A stretch of 64,000 nucleotides of DNA from positions 62,744,001-62,808,000 of the forward strand of contig NC_083279.1 in the NCBI RefSeq assembly GCF_963506605.1, in the 5' to 3' direction. Origin of the DNA: Zootoca vivipara. Taxonomy: Eukaryota. The position numbers and the translations under genes were made by a program. Of this stretch, positions 1 to 10,398 are shown piece by piece (position 1 is the stretch's first letter; each line of letters opens with the position of its first letter). A model generated the notes under the pieces. That model made no database searches and was not told the origin of the DNA. It worked only from the letters and a program-made list of their open reading frames with translations.

Positions 1-422
1 AAGAAAAAAAGAGAAGCAGAAAGGGAGGAAAAGAGAAATGACACATTATGGAGAAAAGGGGCAACATAGCAAAAAACCTATAAAGGAAAAATATCATTTA
101 CATTGTCGTTCAATAAATGTAAACAAACCCCATATCTCAATAAATCTGTTTTCTTGATTTTTATGTATTGTGTTTCTGTCCTGCGTATGTTTTATCATTA
201 AGACAGTTTGTCAGGTTTTCCTTAAACAATCAATTATAGTAGGAAGTCTTTATTTTTTTCTATTTTCATGAAATACACTGATTTGCTGTCGCTAGCAGTG
301 TAGTAATGAGCTGCAAATCAGTATTAACGACTTCAGAATGAACTTTGGTGACGCACATGCACACACATACACACAACAAAAAATCTTATACTGTATTAGC
401 AGAGAACTTCCATCTAAATTTA

Positions 423-651
423 CAGTGGTACCTCTGGTTAAGAACTTAATTCATTCCGGAGGTCTGTTCTTAACCTGAAACTGTTCTTAACCTGAGGTAC
501 CACTTTACCTAATGGGGCCTCCTGCTGCCGCCACCACGCCACCGCTGCACAATTTCTGTTCTCATCCTGAAGCAAAGTTCTTAACCCGAGGTACTATTTC
601 TGGGTTAGCAGAGTCTGTAACCCGAAGCGTCTGTAAGCCGAGGTACCACTG
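423..651. mobile_element. Tc1/mariner (Tigger-like) non-autonomous MITE
   Basis: TIRs CAGTGGTACCTC...GAGGTACCACTG flanked by TA on both sides. Confidence 0.85.
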
Positions 652-1152
652 TACAGTGGATGGGAAAGACATCTAAGGCCCTAGTTGGCTGAAACAACTG
701 TTGTTCCTGTGCTCCCCCTACTGTTCACTTCCAGGTGTGCACCCACATTTTTTGAATATTCCATTGCAGGGAGAGAGAGAAATGTTATTGGGTGGCTTAT
801 TTGTTTGTTGTCAGCAAACAAAGCTCCTTTACATTTGGTGCTCTGCTGGCTTTATTTCCCTTCCTGCTCTCATAACATGAGAACAGCATAAGCCAGTAGT
901 TGACAAGGGAGTTTCCTGCTGCAGAAGAACAGCCTCACAAGGGAGATGAGACTGTTTGCCCTCTTTTTTTTTGAAAGAATAAAAGGGAGATATGACTTAC
1001 AATCCTCAAAATGGGGAACATGCATTCTTCAAAGAAGAAGAAGAAAATCAGCTTCAAGATATTGCTACAGAAGAAGGGGAGGCCTGGCTTGTATTCAATT
1101 TCCTTCCTTTTTTGCCCCATGAATGGAACAGAACAGAAGCCACCCTAGCCGT

Positions 1153-1242
1153 CATAGCTGCCAAGTTTTCCCTTTTCTCGCGAGGAAGCCTATTCAGCAT
1201 AAGGGAAAATCCCTTAAAAAAAGGGATAACTTGGCAGCTATG
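1153..1242. mobile_element. 90-bp hAT-type micro-MITE (CATAGCTGCCAAG family)
   Basis: TIRs CATAGCTGCCAAGTT/AACTTGGCAGCTATG; 8-bp TSD ctagccgt/ttagccgt; near-identical copy at 29033. Confidence 0.8.
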
Positions 1243-1420
1243 TTAGCCGTAATGGAAACCATGCTAAATGCCCAAGATACAGTGAATATGCTTTAAGAAA
1301 GCTACTCCATACTTGCTCAGGGGCATGTTTCTTTTTTCATTATTACATCACAGATTTCAGGACTCAACCCCAATAATAAAAACAGAGTCAGGTGGCTACA
1401 AATGTACACAGAGGAGACCT

Positions 1421-1475
1421 CATAGAATCATAGAGTTGGAAGAGACCACAAGGGCCATCCAGTCCAACTCCCTGA
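1421..1475 (-). mobile_element. CR1 LINE 3' terminal fragment
   Basis: catagaatcatagagttggaagagaccacaagggccatccagtccaac is the reverse complement of a CR1 3' end with (ATTCTATG)n tail; same sequence at ~47955-48020. Confidence 0.7.
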
Positions 1476-1715
1476 CAAGCATTTCATTTTTATTTTGTTA
1501 CTGTCTTTTAATATTGTAATTTGCTATCTGTTTCATGTGCCCCAGGACTGATTGTAAATTTATGACTCCTCAGGATTCCCCACAGCTGTATTATATTCTT
1601 AGTTTCCTTGATTTTGAAAACATGTCAGGTAGCCACAAACGATGTTGATGGTGTGAAAATGCATTTACTATTATGGGTTGTATTCAGACCTAGCCATACT
1701 TGGAAGACATCCACG

Positions 1716-1888
1716 CAGGGCCATCTCAAGCATGTCGGGCACCCAGGCGCCGTGGTGCGGAGATCTCTCCGGCACCGCCACAATGGTGGGCGGGCGCAGC
1801 GTGCAGCACGGCTTCCGCACGGCGCCCCGCTGCTGGCCCGGCACCCTGGCGCTCCACGCCACCCAGCCTACCCCTAGAGCCGGCCCTG
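1716..1888. mobile_element. GC-rich hAT-type MITE
   Basis: Termini CAGGGCC...GGCCCTG; 8-bp TSD catccacg/catccatg. Confidence 0.75.
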
Positions 1889-1951
1889 CATCCATGGAAA
1901 TCAATGGGAAATGAATTACTCATGATCCAACCCTGTATATTTCTTCCATTT

Positions 1952-3160
1952 GTTGTTGTTGTTGTTTAGTCGTTTAGTCGTGTCCGACTCTTCGTGACCC
2001 CATGGACCATAGCACGCCAGGCACTCCTGTCTTGCACTGCCTCCCACAGTTTGGTCAAACTCATGTTCGTAGCTTCGAGAACATTGTCCAACCATCTCGT
2101 CCTCTGTCGTCCCCTTCTCCTAGTGCCCTCCATCTTTCCCAACATCAGGGTCTTTTCCAAGGATTCTTCTCTTCTCATGAGGTGGCCAAAGTATTGGAGC
2201 CTCAGCTTCACGATCTGTCCTTCCAGGGAGCACTCAGGGCTGATTTCCTTAAGAATGGATAGGTTTGATCTTCTTGCAGTCCATGGGACTCTCAAGAGTC
2301 TCCTCCAGCACCACAATTCAAAAGCATCAATTCTTCGGCGATCAGCCTTCTTTATGGTCCAGCTCTCACTTCCATACATCACTACTGGGAAAACCATAGT
2401 TTTAACTATACGGACCTTTGTTGGCAAGGTGATGTCTCTGCTTTTAAAGATGCTGTCTAGGTTTGTCATTGCTTTTCTCCCAAGAAGCAGGCGTCTTTTA
2501 ATTTCGTGACTGCTGTCACCATCTGCAGTGATCAAGGAGCCCAAGAAAGTAAAATCTCTCACTGCCTCCATTTCTTCCCCTTCTATTTGCCAGGAGGTGA
2601 TGGGACCAGTGGCCATGATCTTGGTTTTTTTGATGTTGAGCTTCAGACCATATTTTGCGCTCTCCTCTTTCACCCTCATTAAAAGGTTCTTTAATTCCTC
2701 CTCGCTTTCTGCCATCAAGGTTGTGTCATCTGCATATCTGAGGTTGTTGATATTTCTTCCGGCAATCTTAATTCCGGCTTGGGATTCATCTAATCCAGCC
2801 TTTCGCATGATGAATTCTGCATTTCTCCATAATCCAGCACATGTTTGCTATTTGGTCTCTGGTTCCTCTGCCCTTTTGAAATCCAGCTTGCACTTCTGGG
2901 AGTTCTCGGTCCACATACTGCCTGAGCCTGCCTTGTAGAATTTTAAGCATAACCTTGCTAGCGTGTGAAATGAGCGCAATTTTGCGGTAGTTGGAGCATT
3001 CTTTGGCACTGCCCTTCTTTGGAATTGGGATGTAGACTGATCTTCTCCAATCCTCTGGCCATTGCTGAGTTTTCCAAACTTGCTGGCATATTGGGTGTAG
3101 CACCTTAACAGCATCATCTTTTAAAATTTTAAATAGTTCAGCTGGAATATCATCACTTCC
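1952..3160 (-). mobile_element. Bov-B / RTE-clade LINE, 5'-truncated, with internal deletion
   Basis: RT translation (NLRYADDTTLMAESEEEL; YIPIPKKGSAKECSNYRKIALISHASK), (CAA)n tail, 13-bp TSD atttcttccattt at 1939-1951 and 3187-3199; RT segment between WIMEK and IMRKAG missing at ~2820. Confidence 0.95.
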
Positions 3161-3604
3161 AATATCATTTCTTCACTTCCAATATCATTTCTTCCATTTA
3201 CATGCTGCCTTTCTATTAAGGTAGCCAAGGAAGTTTACAATTTTAAAATACCAAAATGAGAAAGAAGAAGAGAGCATAAAAACAGCAAATCTCAAACAAA
3301 GTTTCCACAGGCTGTTTGATAGTCCCTTTAGGAGCTGATGATATGGATCCCTTGATCTGGATTTTTCACTTTGGCCTTCCTTCCAGCCGCATGTTTTAAA
3401 TAGGCTCTTGGGAAGGTGTGAGGAGAAACTCCCTTTAAAGTTATTTTGAGCCATTGTTTATTTCCTCAGGAGCTCCTTGATGTAGGATTCTTCCCTTCTT
3501 TACTAGTGCAAATCATGGAAGGGCATACCTTAAAAATCTGCATTATCACAACGACAGATGAGCCATCAGTTTTGTGAAGGGCCTGTTGTGTGCCATAGAC
3601 TAAG

Positions 3605-3778
3605 CATAGTTGCCAAGTTCCGGATTTGGAAATGGGCAGAGCGGCACCAGAAACATGGCCACTGGCAGGAGCTGTTTTCCGGGGGATTTATGGGATATAA
3701 ATCCATTTGGGAGACCAGCGGGAAACGGTAAGAAAATACGGGGTTTCCCCAGGGAAAACGGGGTACTTGGCAGCTATG
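3605..3778. mobile_element. hAT-type MITE, CATAGCTGCCAAG family (longer member)
   Basis: TIRs catagttgccaagt...acttggcagctatg; right half shared with the 30444-30861 element. Confidence 0.7.
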
Positions 3779-5003
3779 GCCATAGAGTGTGTACATCTTT
3801 GGGTGCCATTTTGATTTTCTGCCTCTGTCTTGGGCTGACCTGGCCTGTTGATGGATGCCACCTGCTGTTCAGCATCGCTTACTCAGCATCAAGCACTCCC
3901 AAATCCACCACCGGGCAATACCTTTATTTGGACCAACCAAAACGCCACAGTTCTCCAAAACTAAATGTTATACACAAAGGGGGTGGAAGATGGTTGTTAA
4001 GCAAATTGGGCTGGGTGTTGTAGTCATGGGGATCTGCAGTTAGGCTTCATGCCACGATGGGAAACTGCAGACTGACTGGATTAGTCTTGGCTAGGTGGTG
4101 TTTTCAGATTACATCCAGGATTCTGGGACGACGCAGCATGCATTCCAGATCTGTTTCATGCCGTAAGCAAAACACACAGCTTCCTGGTTAGGCAGAAAGC
4201 AGGATTAAGACAAAACACGGCAGTCTTTATGTTAGCATAGGTGGGGATTAATTTTGGGTGGTGTGAGATAGAAGGGAACGTAAGCCTCAAAAACGCAAAC
4301 TTCCGCTTCAGATTCGAAGAAATCGAATGACAATTTGATTCTACAACACAACCCTTAATTTCTTTCTTTTTTTATGTGAAAGTATGTCCCACACTGCTCA
4401 GTTGTCTGTGTGTTTTAAATTGCCTCACGCCAAAGCATTTTCTCACATTACGGTATGTACCCTAGTTGTCAGAAAATGGCGTATTTCCACACTTAAGACC
4501 ATGAATGGATTGTTATAGATTGGGGGAACCCCTCCTCCCAAACCCTAGAAATAAATGGTAGGATTTTGATTATTTGGGATATGAAGGAGGAAATACCAGC
4601 TGCAGAGGAACTCCTGGGCTAGCCTACATGAAACAACCTGGCATTAAGAAACTACAGGGCCATTGAGGACCATTCAAAATGCAAGAGAACTGTCCTTCCC
4701 CACTGCCCTGAGGTGTGAAGAGAGAAGGTTGGAAGGATACCAAGATAACTTGGAGGGATGTGACAGGAGGAGTTTGGGGCCTTTAAGTTTAACATGAGGC
4801 TTGTAATAGCTGATAAAAAGAGCAAAATGCAGCATCGCTGAAGGCAGGCTGAAACCCACTGTTGCCAGAGGTTTATATGCACATGCATTTTTCCATCAAG
4901 GCAAGCAAGATGCAATATCAGGACACATTCCAGCCAGGCAAAAGCACTTGAGGACAGTGTCCGGAGCAGGGCTGGTGGGAAGCATGATAAGAAAACATAT
5001 TAT

Positions 5004-5017
5004 CCACTAGATGGCAC
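5004..5017 (+). promoter_or_regulatory. Candidate CTCF motif
   Basis: CCACTAGATGGCAC fits the CCASYAGRKGGCRS consensus; a second same-orientation motif acactagatggcga lies at 5407-5420. Confidence 0.5.
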
Positions 5018-5088
5018 CATTACCATTTCCTTGTAACCACAGATAAACATTGTTGTCTAAAGTGATTTCAAGGTCAGTTAATCTAAGG

Positions 5089-5301
5089 CAGAGGTAGACA
5101 GCCTAAGGCCCGGGGGCCGGATCCGGCCCACTCGTCTTCTCAATCCGGCCCATGGACAGTCCAGGAATCAGCGTGTTTTTACATGAGTAGAATGTGTCCT
5201 CTTATTTAAAATGCATCTGTGGGTTATTTGTGGGGCATAGGAATTCGTTCATCCCCCCCAAGGTCTGAGGGACAGTAGCTGAAAAAGGTTGCTGACCCCT
5301 G
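5089..5301. mobile_element. hAT-Charlie-type MITE
   Basis: Termini CAGAGGT...ACCCCTG with perfect 8-bp TSD atctaagg (5081-5088, 5302-5309). Confidence 0.85.
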
Positions 5302-6159
5302 ATCTAAGGTCTTGTCCGCACCATTTCAAAATTCACCAGGGACTCAGGTGTACAGCTGCAAATAAAACATTTTAAGTGTGTTTGTAAAGTGCAATATACA
5401 AATGTGACACTAGATGGCGATGGTGAGCTATGGCAAATTCAATATATATTTTTCCCCCAAAACTTTTTTTTAAAAAAAGCATTTTCACTGTGTTTTCAAT
5501 ATGTGTGGATATGAAGAGAAAACAGAGCTTTCTTTTTCTTTTTGAAAAGCAATGATGTTTGATGCCTCATGGTTTTGGTTACAAATTGTAATAATAAAGG
5601 GGGTGGGGGGGAAAATGAAACCAAACAAACATTTCACTTTGTATGTTTCTTGCTCCTTCCTCTTCTTGCAGGAAACATGTGGTGTTTGTACTGACCAAGT
5701 GACATACTGGTTTATCTGGAGCTGAAATCTGCTTTTCTACTAACCAATAATAACAAAAAAAAGTTTTTTCTAAATAAATTGCACACCCCTTTGCTGTGTA
5801 ATGTGCATTTGCCATATCAAGGAATTGGGGGTTATCCCATTTTCCCCTGCATCTTATCTCCTCCTCTTTGCTACTTCTGTACACTCCAGAGCACCAACAA
5901 GCCCAAAGCCTCATCTTTTCTCCCTGCTTCTTCAATTTGAAAAAGCTTTCCTTATTTCTTTTCCTCCTGTTCCTTAGTTCCCGTTGGTGTGTGCTTACTT
6001 GTTGCAAAGCATTTGAAGCAGCAGTGTGTGATGCAGTCTAGTAATAATGAAAAAGCAACACGGCAAGTCCCAAGAAATACAAACAAACAAGCAAACAAAA
6101 CCCACACACTCCTTTTCAGCTCATGAATTTCCCTTCTTTCTGCTGCAAGCGGTACATGG

Positions 6160-6485
6160 TGGGAAGTGTGGTGTGGTAGTTGTAGTGTGGTTGCTTATAC
6201 CAAGTCACTGGCAAGATATTAAAAATAGACAGTGTCACACAAGATGCGGAACAAAAGTAAACATGTGTGTGGTCCTTGGACAATGATATGTGGGAACAGT
6301 GAACAAACCGGACAGCTATGGCAGCATGAAGGGCTGTGGTGCACAAAACAGATTTGGAAAATGTGAATTTTCAGCTGCGGTGCAGATGAGTCCTAAATTT
6401 GCAATCCTGCACGGAACCGACACCAGGCTGATAGATGCAAACCAAGATCGTTCTGTCTGACCCCTGTGGACCAAACCACATGGTG
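6160..6485. promoter_or_regulatory. Candidate lymphoid enhancer (ETS-RUNX cluster)
   Basis: GGAAG directly followed by TGTGGT, then further TGTGGT/AACCACA motifs at ~6172, 6186, 6268, 6335 and 6474. Confidence 0.3.
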
Positions 6486-7439
6486 TGCATATTTCATCAA
6501 AAGCCTCCACAAAAAGAAGACCCCTCTTTAATATGGACATGCACAAGATTCAGCTGAAGCCTGAGACCTGAACAGAATTTGGCCAGTTTTTTGGGGGGGG
6601 TAGATCCTGGTGTCCTCTAAGCTAGGTTGAGGCAGCCACTGATTGCCTTGGGTCAGGTGGCCCAGAACAATTTGTTGTTGTCAGGGTGAGGGGTATCAGA
6701 CAGGAGAGGCAGACATTGAGCAGGAAGAAGGAGAGGTCAGGCAGGGGAAAGGCAAAACCATGAAAAGACCTAGGAGCGTAGGCACATACCTGACTGGTTG
6801 TGCCTTTCACTTAGAACAGTTGTGGTTGAAGACAAAGGGCAGAAGTATGGTGCCCCAAGGAGAAGTCGTAGATTTAAGAGCAGGAGGGACGCAAAATCTG
6901 ACAACCAGCAGAAAATAAAGACCCTGGAATGTCACTCCATGTTGAAGATTGTCACACCAAGAATACAGACCAAGGTACAAGCTGAGTGGGTGTGCTGCCT
7001 CTGATCACATATGTGCATAAGTATGTACATAATTCTATTTGTATACCAGCTTTCCACAGTTCAAACTATGCTCCAGGCAGCTTACAACATGAAAAAAATG
7101 CATGACTGCAGCATAACAAAAATAGTCATAAACAATAAATTGAACAAGTTCTACATAAATCAAATCTAAATCTAGAATAAAGATACAAAAAGCAAGAGTA
7201 GCAATAACCTCCCCCCCACAATAAAAAAAAAATCCAAACAACACCCCAGCCCAAGGGTCTGTTCAACAATCTCAGCTTGTAGAGCTGGAGTCAGTCAGGG
7301 CCCCATCCTCCCAGGCTAGGTGGGAAAAGGCCTGCAAGGCAGGGAGCAGGTCTTCCAGGACTCACAGCCTAGAAGATAAGGGCCAAGGCTTGCTCTAGTG
7401 TCTGCATAGGATTAGTCCATCAGTTGCAAGCAGCAATCT

Positions 7440-7660
7440 CCAAGAGGTAGAAGGGAGCTCTTCAAGTGATTGACTAGAAATCAATGTCCCTAGGAAATTC
7501 AGATCACTACTGCTGCTCATTCAAGGAGAGTGGTATGATTAGCACACCATCAACGTAGATATGAACCACAATCATCATCAGATGGGTCACCAAAACCACC
7601 AAGACCTTAGTGAAGATCCTGGGTGTGGCCAAGTCTGGTATTGTGTGGGCTACAACTGAA
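7440..7660 (-). mobile_element. Decayed DIRS-like retrotransposon RT fragment
   Basis: Minus translation DLATPRIFTKVLVVLVTHLMMIVVHIYVDGVLI and LNFLGTLI resembles the DIRS RT pattern GLATAPRxFTKVL..HL...IY.DD.LI / EFLG..ID. Confidence 0.5.
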
Positions 7661-7888
7661 ACTCAGGGAGGGGTGATGACGTTGTTAGAAAACATCTTAC
7701 CAGGTACCATTTTCACCAACAATTAAGCAACAGGGCCACGTACTCCTCTTTAAAGAGTGCAGACTTTCATTCCTTTACAGTATTACATTAATGCCAGTCA
7801 GTGTGAGAATGAGTTTAAGGGTTTGCTAAACTGAAATTAACAGTGAATGTGATACCGTACATACTGTTTAGTCTAAGTCAATCTCTAA

Positions 7889-7893
<5 letters not shown>

Positions 7894-7960
<67 letters not shown>
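7894..7960. repeat. Compound (CT)n(GT)n microsatellite
   Basis: Directly visible. Confidence 0.95.
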
Positions 7961-7962
<2 letters not shown>

Positions 7963-8041
7963 TGTCCAGTAGCACCTTAGAGACCAACTAAGTTTGTTCT
8001 TGGTGTATAAGCTTTCTTGTTCATTGCACACTTCTTCAGAT
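7961..8041 (-). mobile_element. Penelope-like terminal-repeat fragment with degenerate hammerhead-like core
   Basis: tccagtagcaccttagagaccaactaagtttg motif; the minus strand reads CTGAAGA-agtgtgcaatgaacaa-GAAA. Confidence 0.4.
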
Positions 8042-8123
8042 CTGTTGTTTGCTTTCATGTTGCCCTCTTGCCCATGTTTTACTTATTTTGTTTGTGAGAT
8101 TGGCCATGTCTGTTAGAAGATGC

Positions 8124-8140
8124 TCAGAGGCGTACGTCAA
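8124..8140 (-). CDS. Candidate terminal coding exon of CD2-like gene A ((V)DVRL*)
   Basis: Strong polypyrimidine acceptor ttcctattctattgctttcctgcttctag, phase-1 compatible with exon 5; no independent support. Confidence 0.3.
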
Positions 8141-8333
8141 CTAGAAGCAGGAAAGCAATAGAATAGGAACATTCTGGCTTATGAATGCCCTCACACCAGT
8201 TTGCATATTGTTTGGGGAAATGTGAACAGAATTTCTCCCCCCGCTGAGTGTTTGCTTGCCCTGCAATACACCATCACATTATGTCAACCACAATGGACCG
8301 CAAACAAATACTCAGCTCAGACATGATTCAAGT

Positions 8334-8533
8334 NNNNNNNNNNNNNNNNNNNNNNNNNNNNNNNNNNNNNNNNNNNNNNNNNNNNNNNNNNNNNNNNNNN
8401 NNNNNNNNNNNNNNNNNNNNNNNNNNNNNNNNNNNNNNNNNNNNNNNNNNNNNNNNNNNNNNNNNNNNNNNNNNNNNNNNNNNNNNNNNNNNNNNNNNNN
8501 NNNNNNNNNNNNNNNNNNNNNNNNNNNNNNNNN
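8334..8533. other. Assembly gap
   Basis: Run of N; further gaps at 51555-51697 and 52873-53014. Confidence 1.
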
Positions 8534-8559
8534 AAACTCATTTTAAATTTGGGTCGATC

Positions 8560-10368
8560 ATGGGCTGCAGCAAGCGTTTGAGGGAGAAGGAAGAGCCTTT
8601 GCCCCTCCCTAAGCCAAAGTTAAAGAGAACAGACCTGCAAAGGGGCAAAGGAGGGAGTGGCCAGGCAAATTCTCAGGCTGAAGTAGAAACCTACAACCGC
8701 TTTCTCCCTCTGGAAGACCTTGAAACATCCCATACCCTGAAGGCACAGTGCTCTTTCTCTCAATCAAGAGTCCAAATGAGTACACCAAAAATCAAGCAGA
8801 CCCTTTTGGCCGAGGAAGCAATGCCAGACCCAGCGGAATGCCTCAGAAGTGAGCAGTTGCATTTGATTATCAGGACTCTTCATTGTATTTTTTAAAAAAT
8901 GGATGAAATATCCTTACAAGTATCTAACCTCATGCAGAAAGTTGGGAACCCTGAACCCAATCCATTACAAAGTCTACCCTATGAAAGAAAGCCTCCAGTT
9001 GACCAACCCCCCAAAGTTGAAAACAGGAGGAAGCATAAATATTGTTCAAATAACCAATTAAATAAACAAGTGTTAGTCCTGCATCCAAAGAAAATCTGCC
9101 TTTCAATTTGGAATGGAACAAGAAAATGGCTAAATTTAGAAGGGGCAAAGGATTGTTTAAGCAAAATTTTAAAGATCAAGCACCAACAAATTGACCTACA
9201 TGCGGTGCTTCCTCTCTTACAGCGAGATGGCCTCCTTAAAGTGATACTAGCCTTTCATTCCTCAGAGATTCCTTTTGAAATAGTGCGTCGGAAAAAGACT
9301 TTAGCTACAATTAACATCATCCCTACGAGGGTGTTTGAGGACAACACGATTAAACCTCTATTATGCAGAGTTGCCGGAAATACTCCTCCAAGAGCAGAAT
9401 GCCCTATCATATCAAGAAATGAGATTGACACCCAATCTTCCCAGTCAAATCTACCCCCTCTCCGAACATCTGAGGGGCCTGATCCTGATAATCTGCAAAC
9501 ATCCCTGGATGAAAATGCACTTATCATCTCCTTTGGTGACCTCCCGCTGAAAGAGCAAGCAGAAACAATACAGAGACTTGATATGCTCAAATCACAATTT
9601 CTGCAAGTACATAATAAAATTAAGAACCAAAATAATCTGGTTGCAACGTGTCTGTTGGAATCAGATGACCTCCTTCAATTTAGCCCAATACCTAAATCTA
9701 TGGTTGCTCGGCAAGCTCCAGTGATGCAGGCGATGCCTGAAATGAACACTGTCCTGCGAGAGGCTTCTCCACCACCCTTACAAATAAATCTTGACCCACT
9801 TTCTCTGGAGATCCCAGTGATGGAGGATGTCCCTACCCACCGACATGATCCAAATTATCCTTCGACGCATTCTTCTATGCCAGATCTTGAACCTTCTTCT
9901 ACATCAGATAAAATAACATCTAACCTACAAATGAACATTCAAAGGAGCTCTCTTTCAATATCTGGCCCACCAAGGGGAACTCGGTCACCCCAACAAACAC
10001 GGGATGATCCTACTACTATATTACAAGACTTTAGGGAGGATTTGATTGAAGATCCGATGGGCCATATAAATAAAATTATCCAACCTCCAAAGGAAATTCC
10101 AGTTAGTGGTACTACCTCTGCTGACCCTTTCTTCACTCCCCTGAGTAATGCCCCTTTACATCTATCAACTTTTTCTGAAAAGCTGATTATTCCAGGCCAA
10201 GGAGTTACCTCTAGTGGAACGAGCGTACCAACCTCGCAGCTAAATCATCCCAACAAATCTATTCTGCTAGGATGTTCTGCTCGGTCGCTACCCTCCCAAA
10301 GAAAAATTACAGATTATTTGGGGGCTGAAATTCCCCTCAACTCAGAGCCCCTTCCCCACCTGAATTGA
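8560..10368 (+). pseudogene. LINE ORF1 (~600 codons) with one in-frame TAA at 8893-8895
   Basis: ATG at 8560 and the 489-aa ORF from 8899 share a frame, separated by one stop; lies directly upstream of ORF2. Confidence 0.7.
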
Positions 10369-10398
10369 CTATCAAATAACCAACCTAAATACCCCCCT

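Noticed and set aside
935-1120. Minus-strand ORF ending at a strong GTAAGT donor (~1000), possible leader of a third gene
   Set aside because: Only phase 0 is open and the peptide is not a convincing signal sequence; family leaders here are phase 1
3430-3505. Alternative terminal exon for gene A (VKKGRILHQGAPEEINNGSK*)
   Set aside because: Weaker acceptor than 8140 and no supporting homology; cannot be excluded without transcripts
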